Of a stretch of 64,000 nt of DNA, positions 47,409-56,028 are shown piece by piece. The DNA is from Actinomycetes bacterium (GTDB lineage: Bacteria > Actinomycetota > Thermoleophilia > BMS3ABIN01): NCBI GenBank assembly GCA_021785935.1, contig JAJYOG010000001.1, positions 192,743-256,742 on the forward strand. The letters run 5' to 3'. A program made the translations under genes and the position numbers. Every line of letters begins with the position of its first letter. Position 1 is the stretch's first letter. The notes beneath the pieces are model-generated. The model was given only the letters and a program-made list of their open reading frames with translations, searched no databases and was not told the DNA's origin.

Positions 47409-48104
47409 TTAGTTGCTTCTGCTGATGATGATCATGCGGACCAGCGAGAGGATGGCCATCAGCGCCGCGGCGACATAGGTGAGTGCGGCTGCGGTAAGCA
47501 CCTTCCGGGCTCCCTTGGCCTCGCCCTGAACAACCAGGCCGTTACTTTGCAACAGCGCCATGGCGCGCGAAGAGGCGTCGAACTCAACAGGTAGCGTCAC
47601 GATCTGAAAGGCGACTGCTGCCGTAAACAGAACGATACCGATCGTCATCAGGGGGCGAAAGGTCGAGAAGATGAGTCCCGCAAAGAAGATCATGGGGCCG
47701 AGGCTGGAGCCGAAGGAAGCTGCCGGCACTACAGCCGAACGAATCTTCATGGGCACATAACCCTTGGAATCCTGAATTGCGTGTCCGGTCTCGTGCGCGG
47801 CTATTCCCAAAGCGGCCAGTGAGTTACTGCGGGCTACCCCCTGGCTCAATCTTAATACCCGGTCGCGAGGGTCATAGTGATCGGTAATTTCCCCCGGTAT
47901 TTCCTCAATAGCGATATCGGTGAGTCCCGCCTGATCGAGCAAACGGCGGCTTGCCTGGGCGCCGGTGAAGCCGCTGGCGGCCTGTTTCTGTGAATATTGC
48001 CTATAGGTGCTTTTCACCTTGAACTGTGCATACAGCGAAAGGATGATTCCCGGAATGAGCAGCAACATGCTGGTGAAGAAGATTGGATTGCCCCAGTAAA
48101 ACAT
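47409..48104 (-). CDS. YugP-like membrane zinc metallopeptidase (Zn_peptidase_2)
   Basis: HETGHAIQ zinc motif flanked by TM helices. 231 aa. Confidence 0.85.
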   Translation of the reverse strand: MFYWGNPIFFTSMLLLIPGIILSLYAQFKVKSTYRQYSQKQAASGFTGAQASRRLLDQAGLTDIAIEEIPGEITDHYDPRDRVLRLSQGVARSNSLAALGIAAHETGHAIQDSKGYVPMKIRSAVVPAASFGSSLGPMIFFAGLIFSTFRPLMTIGIVLFTAAVAFQIVTLPVEFDASSRAMALLQSNGLVVQGEAKGARKVLTAAALTYVAAALMAILSLVRMIIISRSN

Positions 48105-48206
48105 TCTTGTTCCCTCCTGTTATCCAGACGCGGGCGCGCCGGAGTAAATATCTGTAAAAATTATATCACAGAGCGAAAACAGGAACCTTCGGCGCAATGA
48201 AAGATT

Positions 48207-49328
48207 TTAGCCATCGCTTCCAGGATTATCCCCGATCGCATGGGGCTCTCCCGGATTCTCCCCTATTCCCCTGGGATCTTCAGGGTCCCCTCCGATCGCC
48301 TGGGGTTTGATCTTGACGTGCCGGATTTTTACCAGTGCCATCACGATTGCAACGAAGGCGATCTCGATCAGGGTTTGCCAGAAGCGGATGAGGATGGCGA
48401 AGGCCGAGGCAACGCCTGCGTTTTCAAAAGCAAAGTCGAGTGTATAGGCATAGACGCCCTCCCTCACGCCGAGGCCGCTGGGAGAAATAAAGAAAAGCAC
48501 TGAGGTAAGCCACGCAAGCGGGGCGCTGGCGATGACGATGGGCACGTCGCTGAGGTCCATTTTCGTAACCGTGTTCGCCATCGCAAAAAGTCCCAGACCG
48601 GAGACAATCCAGAAGAAACAATAGTAGAAAAAGATCGCAACCACATCCCGGAAAGGCAGGAATTCCTCGATGGTCTCACGGCCCAGTTTGCGGAAAACCG
48701 CGTTGCCTACTTTTCCCAGAACGGAGGGGTGAAGGCAGACAATGGCTAGCGGTGGCACCAGCAGCACCAGCCAGATTACCTGGGAAAAATTCTGAAGCTT
48801 TGGCCAGAAGGGAAGGGCAACGGCGATCACCGTCGCGGCCGATGCCGCCAGCAGTGCCTGCTCATAGGCGACGCTGGTAAGCGAGGCCCGCTTGGGCACT
48901 CCGTAGGGCTCGATCATCATCACCCTGCCGACCACCATGAGCACGTTGCCAGGAACATAGCGGGCCAACAACGATTTAAACCAGACGTAGAGCCCAGGCA
49001 GAATCGGCACCGGATGACGGAAACGCCAGAGAATAATCAGCCAGCCGCTGGCATGGCCCATATACAACGCTCCCATCAGGATGAAAGATAGAACCAGCCA
49101 GGGATAGGAGAACTGCCAGTCGCGTGAGATAATTTCGGGCCAGTCCTGCCAGATCTTCTTGCCGAGGAAGTAAAATACGATGCCGACGAGTATAATCTGC
49201 GCGCCCAGCCGCAGGGATTTCTTTGTTCGAGGAGAAATGATCCCTCCCGGGAATGTGGAGCGGACTTGTCGCCGCCGCCGAGAAGTATATACTAATTCAA
49301 CTATATTATGCCTGATAGCAGGCCTCAT
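48207..49328 (-). CDS. Lysylphosphatidylglycerol synthase TM-region/UPF0104 flippase-like membrane protein with a repetitive C-terminal tail
   Basis: Polytopic protein with the PSGLGVREG motif. The C-terminus carries three decapeptide repeats: IGGDPEDPRG / IGENPGEPHA / IGDNPGSDG. Confidence 0.7.
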   Translation of the reverse strand: MRPAIRHNIVELVYTSRRRRQVRSTFPGGIISPRTKKSLRLGAQIILVGIVFYFLGKKIWQDWPEIISRDWQFSYPWLVLSFILMGALYMGHASGWLIILWRFRHPVPILPGLYVWFKSLLARYVPGNVLMVVGRVMMIEPYGVPKRASLTSVAYEQALLAASAATVIAVALPFWPKLQNFSQVIWLVLLVPPLAIVCLHPSVLGKVGNAVFRKLGRETIEEFLPFRDVVAIFFYYCFFWIVSGLGLFAMANTVTKMDLSDVPIVIASAPLAWLTSVLFFISPSGLGVREGVYAYTLDFAFENAGVASAFAILIRFWQTLIEIAFVAIVMALVKIRHVKIKPQAIGGDPEDPRGIGENPGEPHAIGDNPGSDG

Positions 49329-49355
49329 GCTGTATAATGACCCACTGCAGTTCTT

Positions 49356-50306
49356 ATGTCTGACCTTATCCTGAAAACCAGCCGCATTGGCGTCCTCATG
49401 GGCGGGCTCTCGCGTGAGCGCGAGATCTCGTTGAGGTCCGGCGAGGGCTGCCTGAAAGCTCTTCAGTCGATGAATTACGACGCGGTGGGCATCGACGTGG
49501 ACCGCAATGTCGCCGAGACACTAAAACGCGAAGGCGTGCAGGCGGCTTTCCTGGCGCTCCATGGGAGATATGGCGAGGATGGAACCATCCAGGGGATGCT
49601 GGAGCTTATGGATATTCCCTACTCGGGATCGCGGGTGCTTGCCAGCGCCATTGGCATGAACAAGGTGCGCACCAAGCAGATCGCAGACTTCCACGGCATC
49701 CCGACCGCCTATTTCGAGATCTTTAACCGGAAGCAGGATGACCTTTCCGCTGCGGTAATTAAGGCCAGGGAAACTCTTCATTTTCCGGTAATGGTCAAAC
49801 CCTGCGAAGAGGGCTCCAGCTTAGGCGTCGTCAAAGTGAGCGATCCCGCCGACCTCGAAGATGTAATCATCGAAACCTTTGGCGAATACAGCTGTGCTCT
49901 TGCCGAGGAGTTTGTCGAAGGCATAGAGATCACGGTAGGGCTCATCGAGAGTCCGCGTTCCCTGACGGCGATGCCGGTTTTACAGTTAAAGCCCGCATCG
50001 GATTTTTACGACTTCAAGGCCAAATACAGCCGTGGGATGACTGAATTTATCCTACCAGCCGAGATTCCCGAAGAGACATCATTCATGGCCCAGGAAACAG
50101 CGATGCAGGTGCATTCCGTTATTGGATGCAGAGGATACAGCCGGGTGGACTTCATTATCAATGAGCGCGGCATTCCCCAACTGACGGAAATCAACACTTT
50201 ACCGGGAATGACCGAGACCTCTGATTTTCCCGCACAAGCGGCAGCGGCAAATATAAGTTACGAAAAATTGGTAGAGAAGATGTTACGTTCCGCGCTGCTT
50301 CCCTGA
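49356..50306 (+). CDS. ddl: D-alanine--D-alanine ligase
   Basis: ATP-grasp motifs (HGRYGEDGTIQGMLE, VKPCEEGSSLGV, EINTLPGMT). Confidence 0.92.
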   Translation: MSDLILKTSRIGVLMGGLSREREISLRSGEGCLKALQSMNYDAVGIDVDRNVAETLKREGVQAAFLALHGRYGEDGTIQGMLELMDIPYSGSRVLASAIGMNKVRTKQIADFHGIPTAYFEIFNRKQDDLSAAVIKARETLHFPVMVKPCEEGSSLGVVKVSDPADLEDVIIETFGEYSCALAEEFVEGIEITVGLIESPRSLTAMPVLQLKPASDFYDFKAKYSRGMTEFILPAEIPEETSFMAQETAMQVHSVIGCRGYSRVDFIINERGIPQLTEINTLPGMTETSDFPAQAAAANISYEKLVEKMLRSALLP

Positions 50307-50309
50307 GAG

Positions 50310-50489
50310 TCAGTCAGCGAGTCGGCGCGCCGTTTCAAAAGAGTACGCCTCACGAATCATGTCACCGGCGACCAGCGAATAGTTCATCTCGTAGCTTTTG
50401 TTTTCGACCGATTTCTTGATCTGACGCAAACGGCGAGCCCGCGTGTCGCTATGACGAGGTGAAAGCTCTTTTAAATCAAAGGAGGTCAT
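50310..50489 (-). CDS. Small (59 aa) protein with a FlgM-like C-terminal helix (possible anti-sigma factor)
   Basis: Not in the ORF track (below its length cutoff). My translation: MTSFDLKELSPRHSDTRARRLRQIKKSVENKSYEMNYSLVAGDMIREAYSFETARRLAD. RxxRLxxIKxxVxxxxYxxxxxxVAxxMI resembles the FlgM C-terminus. GAAGGAAA lies upstream of the ATG. Confidence 0.35.
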   Translation of the reverse strand: MTSFDLKELSPRHSDTRARRLRQIKKSVENKSYEMNYSLVAGDMIREAYSFETARRLAD

Positions 50490-50685
50490 CTTATTTCCTT
50501 CTGCGACAAGTCTTCTAATTCCTGGTGTGGGGTTCAGCCTGTACTGACTCGTCTGGACTGGATGTAACTTTTCTACTAATGATATCGGAGCGCTCTCGCT
50601 ATCATTGAGAAAATGATGTTTTTTGCTCCCAAGCCCCGGATGCAGTTACAATATTCAAGGTAGTGCAAGCCCACGGTAGACACCA

Positions 50686-51417
50686 ATGAGCAACCTCAGA
50701 TTTGGCGGCCAGGCCGCCGGCCTCGAAGGCATCACCTTTCTTGCTGCCCACGGTTTCGATTTCGTGGACCTCAACCTCAACGAGATTGACAAGATCAGAA
50801 GCGAAGAGCGCGCAATGTTGAAGTCCGCGCGCCGCGCCGGTCTGTTCTTTACGGCCCACGCACCAGACCTCAGGGTTGATAATGAGGATGGGATGCAACG
50901 GATCGGCGAGGCCGTCAGGTACGCGGAACGATTCAAGCCGAGGACGATCACCATCCACCCGATCCTGGCGCCACGCTCAAACACGCCAGAAAAGATCGAA
51001 CAGAAAATGCACGAGATCGGCATTCTGGCCGCAATGGCTGAAAGTTACGGAGCCCGCATATCCTGTGAGAACACCAGCGAAGAGCCGGCCGATATGAAGG
51101 TTGTGCTCGATGCACACCCGGGGGTCGTACTCACAGTGGACGTTGGCCACAGTGAGCTGCTCAGCGACATTAATAAATCATTGGGATTTATCGAGGCTTA
51201 TCCGGACAGAATCGGGCATGTGCACATCCACGACAACATCGGCGGCGACACTTATCATGAGGACCTGCACTTGCCGCTGGGCGAAGGGCGGATAGACTTC
51301 GCGCCAATCCTGAAGGGGCTCCGTGCCTTGTCTCACGAGATAACCATAACTTTCGAAATGCCGCGACAGAAGGCTTACGAGGGCCTGCTGTGGCTGCGGG
51401 AACGGGACCTAACATGA
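50686..51417 (+). CDS. Sugar phosphate isomerase/epimerase (xylose isomerase-like TIM barrel) family protein
   Basis: Pattern of conserved H/D/E residues (HAPD, ENT, DVGH, HIHDN, E) is typical of AP_endonuc_2/TIM barrel proteins. Confidence 0.75.
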   Translation: MSNLRFGGQAAGLEGITFLAAHGFDFVDLNLNEIDKIRSEERAMLKSARRAGLFFTAHAPDLRVDNEDGMQRIGEAVRYAERFKPRTITIHPILAPRSNTPEKIEQKMHEIGILAAMAESYGARISCENTSEEPADMKVVLDAHPGVVLTVDVGHSELLSDINKSLGFIEAYPDRIGHVHIHDNIGGDTYHEDLHLPLGEGRIDFAPILKGLRALSHEITITFEMPRQKAYEGLLWLRERDLT

Positions 51418-52034
51418 CCATCGTTTACCGGATCAGAAATAACATCTATCTGAATATAACTAACCGTTGTTCCTCGGACTGCACCTTCTGCGTGGCCAAG
51501 TTCGCCGACAGGTTTCAAGGTCATACCTTGCGATTGGACCGAGAACCGTCACTGGCTGAGATCCTGCATGACCTGGAGATCGAATTTCTGGAGGGGCCTG
51601 CGGATGAAGTTGTCTTCGTCGGCTTTGGCGAACCAACGATCAGACTGGATGAGGTACTGAAGGTCACGGAATGGCTTCGCCTAAGGCGTATTCCTTCGCG
51701 TTTGGACACCAACGGCCACGGTCAACTGCTGCATCCCGGGCGCGAAGTAGCACATGAGCTGGCGCAGGCGGGCCTGGGATCGGTGTCGGTCAGCCTTGTG
51801 GCCCACAATTCCGAAGTCTACAATCAATTATGCAGGCCTATGTTCAGTAAGGCATACCGGACCGTGCTCAAGTTTGCTGAAGATTGTTTAAAAGAAGGAA
51901 TGAAAGTGACGCTTTCAGTTGTGGATCTGCCGGAGGTCGATGTCGAGGCCTGTCGAAGTATTGCCGAGAGGATGGGAGCCGAGTTCCGCGTGCGAAAGTT
52001 GCTGACTCCCGAATCCGGGGAGGTTAAGGCTTGA
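51414..52034 (+). CDS. Small radical SAM protein (TatD-associated radical SAM-like)
   Basis: CSSDCTFC (CxxxCxxC) near the N-terminus, plus VFVGFGEPT. ATGA overlap with the upstream TIM-barrel gene. Confidence 0.75.
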   Translation: MTIVYRIRNNIYLNITNRCSSDCTFCVAKFADRFQGHTLRLDREPSLAEILHDLEIEFLEGPADEVVFVGFGEPTIRLDEVLKVTEWLRLRRIPSRLDTNGHGQLLHPGREVAHELAQAGLGSVSVSLVAHNSEVYNQLCRPMFSKAYRTVLKFAEDCLKEGMKVTLSVVDLPEVDVEACRSIAERMGAEFRVRKLLTPESGEVKA

Positions 52035-52738
52035 ACGAGACCAGGGCTCCGCGCATCTTGCTCGTCGATGACGAGGAGGCGATCCAGAAACTGCTGACGT
52101 TCCCCATGGAGAAAGAAGGTTACGAGATCGTCCAGGCCATGGATGGCGAGACGGCGCTTGAGAAATTTCGAGAGCAGCCTTTCGATCTGATTGTCCTTGA
52201 TATCATGTTGCCGGGCATGGATGGTACCGACGTCTGCCGCATCATCCGCGCCGAAAGCACCGTGCCGATTATCATGCTCACCGCCAAGTCGGATGAATTC
52301 GACAAGGTGCTGGGCCTGGAAATCGGAGCCGACGATTACATCACCAAACCTTTCAGCATCCGTGAATTCCGCAGCCGGGTTAAGGCGCAATTGCGCCGGG
52401 CCCAGATGATACGCCAGCCAAACGAAACGGCGCGAGATGTGCTTGAGATTGACCGCCTTCGCATCGACTTTCTTAAACGCAATGTCTTTGTCTCCGGAGA
52501 AAAAGTCGATCTGACCTACAAGGAGTTCGAACTGTTAAAGACCCTTGTGAGCCATCCGGGGAGGGTTTTCGGCCGGGACTCGCTCCTACAGCTGGTATGG
52601 GGCGACGCCGAGTTCCGGGATCCGCGGACCGTGGATGTGCACATCCGGCATCTGCGGGAAAAAGTCGAACCCGATCCGCACGACCCCGAGTACATCTTCA
52701 CCGTGCGCGGGGCCGGCTACAAGTTTAGAGATCTGTAA
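52031..52738 (+). CDS. OmpR-family response regulator (MprA/CssR-like by context)
   Basis: Receiver (ILLVDDE, DLIVLDIMLPGMDG, KP) plus a winged-helix output (TYKEFELLKTL ... GAGYKF). TTG start overlapping the upstream stop. Confidence 0.9.
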   Translation: MNETRAPRILLVDDEEAIQKLLTFPMEKEGYEIVQAMDGETALEKFREQPFDLIVLDIMLPGMDGTDVCRIIRAESTVPIIMLTAKSDEFDKVLGLEIGADDYITKPFSIREFRSRVKAQLRRAQMIRQPNETARDVLEIDRLRIDFLKRNVFVSGEKVDLTYKEFELLKTLVSHPGRVFGRDSLLQLVWGDAEFRDPRTVDVHIRHLREKVEPDPHDPEYIFTVRGAGYKFRDL

Positions 52739-52746
52739 CACCCAGG

Positions 52747-54537
52747 ATGTTCTTCTTTCCAAAAATGCGAATTCCATTCAGAAAAAAAATCAGGCTCAGC
52801 CTTTCCATCAAGCTATTCCTCGTCTTCACGTCGGTATTTGTCTTCGGCGTCGCGATTATCGCTGTTGTCGTGGTGCCCCAGCTCCAAAGCCGGCTTACAG
52901 ATCAGAAGCTGCGCAACCTGGATGACTACGCGACCTTATATTCAGAAAGCTATCTGCAGGCTTTAAACCAGGGAGCTTCCCGCATCTACCTCGATCTGCT
53001 CACCCAGCAGTATGCGGAGCGCGCCGATGCCCGCATCCTGGCTCTGGACTCATCCGGGGCGCTCCTTTCGGACTCTTTGATGGGCCAGGGATTTGATCCG
53101 GGCGACTACAACATCGCTAATGTGGCCATAGCCAACTCCGGCCACGTGACCACGGTAACCTCCATCGGCGACCGTAGTTTCGCGATGGCCGCGGTGCCGA
53201 TTTACAAGGCCAACAAGATCGTGGCGGCTATAGTCGTTTCCTCCTCCATGAGCGACGTGGAGACGGCCGTGTCGCTGGTCAAGACCCTCATGTTTGTGGC
53301 GGCGGTCGCCGCGCTGTTGCTGGCCATTATCGTCATCTACCTGGTGTCTTTCATTATTTCACGCCGGATCCGGCGCATCGAATCGGGCGCAGCCCGAATC
53401 GCGGAGGGTGATTTTGACATCAAGCTGCCGGTGACCTCGCAAGATGAGCTGGGCCAGCTGGCTACGACATTTAACGACATGGGCGATAAGCTTGGCTCTG
53501 CATTTCAGCTGGTTGATGACGAAAAGCGCCGCGCCAAGGTGTTACTGGACGATTTGAGTGAGGGTGTCATCGGCATTGATATCAATGGCAATGTCATTGT
53601 GGTAAACCCCGCCGCGGAGAAGCTTCTCGAGCGTAAGATCTCACCGCCGTGCCCGCTTGATGAATGCCTGCCGATGGAGATCTACGATCTCTGGAAGTCG
53701 ATGCGGCCGGAAAGCCCCAACCGTGAGGATACCTTCATGCTTCGCAACGACCGGTCGCTGGCCGTACACAGTTCATTCCTCTCTGACCAGGCGGAGCTTG
53801 CCTCGCTTCTGGTTCTCAGGGATGTCAGCCAGGAAGTTAAGATGGAGAAGTCGCGCCGCGACTTTATCGCTAACGCTTCACACGAACTAAAGACGCCGCT
53901 GTTTTCCCTCGGCGGTTTTCTCGAACTTCTGCAGGATGAAGAGGTAGACGACAGCACCAAGGATGAATTTGTCGCCACGATGCGGGAACAGGTGGAGAGG
54001 CTTGCCGATCTCGCCCACAAGCTGCTGGACCTGTCGCAGATGGATTCAGGCGCGATCAACGTAAGGACAAGCCGGGTTGGGCTCAAGGAGATCGTCGATA
54101 TGGTCGCCAGGGAGTTCACCGCGTTTTCCGTGTCGAATGATTCTCTGGTTGATACGGCTGCGCTTCCGGATGATCTCGAGGCCATCAGCGATCCTGACAG
54201 GACCGCCCAGCTGGTGCGCATCCTGGTTGACAACGCGCTCAAATACTCACCGGCCGGCGCCACTGTCGAGGTGGCGGGTAAACACAACGGCAAGACCGTT
54301 AGTTTCACTGTTGCCGACCACGGGCCGGGTATCCCCGGCGCCGAGCTGCCCCGGGTCTTTGAAAGATTTTATCGGGGCAAAGGAGCCGGCCGGGTGCGCG
54401 GCACCGGTCTGGGGCTCTCCATCGCCCACGAGCTGGTCAGGTTGATGAATGGCACCATTGAGGTTGAATCCTCGGGTAAAGGCACCTCCTTTACGGTTAC
54501 TTTGCCGAGTCCGAAAAAGGCTGTTAACACTACTTAA
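52747..54537 (+). CDS. Sensor histidine kinase with extracytoplasmic domain, HAMP and PAS-like region
   Basis: Two TM helices around a ~150 aa loop, HAMP (AEGDFDIKLPVTSQDELGQLATTFNDM), H-box ANASHELKTPL, and N/G boxes. Confidence 0.9.
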   Translation: MFFFPKMRIPFRKKIRLSLSIKLFLVFTSVFVFGVAIIAVVVVPQLQSRLTDQKLRNLDDYATLYSESYLQALNQGASRIYLDLLTQQYAERADARILALDSSGALLSDSLMGQGFDPGDYNIANVAIANSGHVTTVTSIGDRSFAMAAVPIYKANKIVAAIVVSSSMSDVETAVSLVKTLMFVAAVAALLLAIIVIYLVSFIISRRIRRIESGAARIAEGDFDIKLPVTSQDELGQLATTFNDMGDKLGSAFQLVDDEKRRAKVLLDDLSEGVIGIDINGNVIVVNPAAEKLLERKISPPCPLDECLPMEIYDLWKSMRPESPNREDTFMLRNDRSLAVHSSFLSDQAELASLLVLRDVSQEVKMEKSRRDFIANASHELKTPLFSLGGFLELLQDEEVDDSTKDEFVATMREQVERLADLAHKLLDLSQMDSGAINVRTSRVGLKEIVDMVAREFTAFSVSNDSLVDTAALPDDLEAISDPDRTAQLVRILVDNALKYSPAGATVEVAGKHNGKTVSFTVADHGPGIPGAELPRVFERFYRGKGAGRVRGTGLGLSIAHELVRLMNGTIEVESSGKGTSFTVTLPSPKKAVNTT

Positions 54538-54681
54538 CCTCGCTTAACCCGTTCTCCGTTGGCCTTTCCCGGCAGATGGGTATAATGAACATGGTTGAGT
54601 TAATGAAGTCTCGGCCTGGGTCTGGAAGAAAGTTTGAAAATCGGGTGGCTTGGTGGCCACCCGATACGTTTAGGAGGGATT

Positions 54682-55839
54682 GTGAACAAAGTATTGAGCG
54701 TTATTTCAAGCGCAGCAGCCGGTATTGCCGGGGCTGCATTATTTTTACTGGTGGCCTTTGCGCTGCATTTCGGGGGATTAGGAGAAACCCAGACCGCGGT
54801 GACGATTCCCGGGCCCGAATCCCAATCTTCGCAGTTTACCTCTACACCGGCACAGACGGGAAGCTCAATGGACCCGTCGCAGCTCTACGATAAATATGCT
54901 GGTTCTGTTGTGCAGATTGTGTCGACGTTCCCGGGCCAGTCCAATATCTTTCATGCCAGCCAGTCGCAAACCGGCGTTGGCTCCGGATTCGTAGCGACGT
55001 CCGACGGCTATATTCTGACCAATGCCCATGTTGTCACCGATGAGAATAGCCAGTCGGCCCAGAGAGCGACGGACATCGAGGTCAATTTTAATGACGGCAA
55101 AAAGGCCAGGGCCACCATCGTTGGTTACGATCTCACCAGCAGCGATGTCGCGGTCATTAAGGTCGATCCGCAGGGACTGACGCTGGTACCGGTCACACTC
55201 GGCGATTCAGATGCGGTCAAGGTCGGTGAGCCGGTAGTGGCGATCGGCAGTCCTTTTGAATATGCGAGCACGCTGACCTCAGGTATTATCAGCGCCACCA
55301 AGCGAACGGTGGAATCACCACAATCAGGGTTCAGCATCCAGAATGCCCTTCAGACTGATGCCGCCATTAACCCGGGTAACAGCGGCGGCCCCCTGATTAA
55401 CGCCCGTGGCGAGGTCATTGGACTCAACGAGCAGATCGCAACCAGCAGCGGTGGCAACGAGGGAGTGGGATTCGCGGTGCCGATCAACACGGCCAAACAG
55501 GCGATGGAACAGATTCTCTCCAAGGGCTCTGTTGATTATGCCTGGCTGGGAGTTGTCGGCCAGACGCTGGATCCCGCAACCGCCAGCGCCAAGGGACTGT
55601 CTGTTGATAAGGGAGCCCTGATCACGGAAGTGGTTTCTGGAGCCCCGGCTGACAATGCCGGACTGAAAGCCGGTGATGTTATCACTAAAATCGATGGCCA
55701 GGATATGAGTTCCATGGAGAACGTATCAGGAAGCCTGGCCCAGCATCGCCCTGGCGACAAGATCAAGGTGACATACAACCGCGACAAGGAATCTCATGAA
55801 GTCGAGGTTGAGCTGGCCAAACGTCCCGACCGGGTCTGA
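54682..55839 (+). CDS. HtrA/DegP-family serine protease with PDZ domain
   Basis: Catalytic triad context (TNAHVV, D, GNSGGPL), a PDZ domain (GLKAGDVITKIDG) and an N-terminal TM anchor. GTG 54682 with TAGGAGGGA upstream. Confidence 0.9.
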   Translation: MNKVLSVISSAAAGIAGAALFLLVAFALHFGGLGETQTAVTIPGPESQSSQFTSTPAQTGSSMDPSQLYDKYAGSVVQIVSTFPGQSNIFHASQSQTGVGSGFVATSDGYILTNAHVVTDENSQSAQRATDIEVNFNDGKKARATIVGYDLTSSDVAVIKVDPQGLTLVPVTLGDSDAVKVGEPVVAIGSPFEYASTLTSGIISATKRTVESPQSGFSIQNALQTDAAINPGNSGGPLINARGEVIGLNEQIATSSGGNEGVGFAVPINTAKQAMEQILSKGSVDYAWLGVVGQTLDPATASAKGLSVDKGALITEVVSGAPADNAGLKAGDVITKIDGQDMSSMENVSGSLAQHRPGDKIKVTYNRDKESHEVEVELAKRPDRV

Positions 55840-55912
55840 TCCAAAGATTGGCGCGCACGCGCGCCGGCACATGGCATACATGCTTTGCTCCGGCAGGTTG
55901 CCTGTTTTAGAC

Positions 55913-55945
55913 GGCGAGGGCCGCACCGGAGGTGCGGCCCTCGCC
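55913..55945 (+). terminator. Terminator hairpin after the htrA-like gene
   Basis: GGCGAGGGCCGCACC GGA GGTGCGGCCCTCGCC (15-bp perfect stem), followed by GTTTCC. Confidence 0.65.
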
Positions 55946-56028
55946 GTTTCCAATCCTCGCCGTTTCCAAAAACGTTCCTGTTGCCCCCAAGCCCTCCGTT
56001 ACCAATCGAAGACGCCGTGGTAATATAG

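Noticed and set aside
50578-50606. Imperfect inverted repeat AATGATATCG...CGCTATCATT upstream of the TIM-barrel gene
   Set aside because: It has mismatches in the stem and no associated regulator or U-tract. The support is insufficient to call an operator or terminator.
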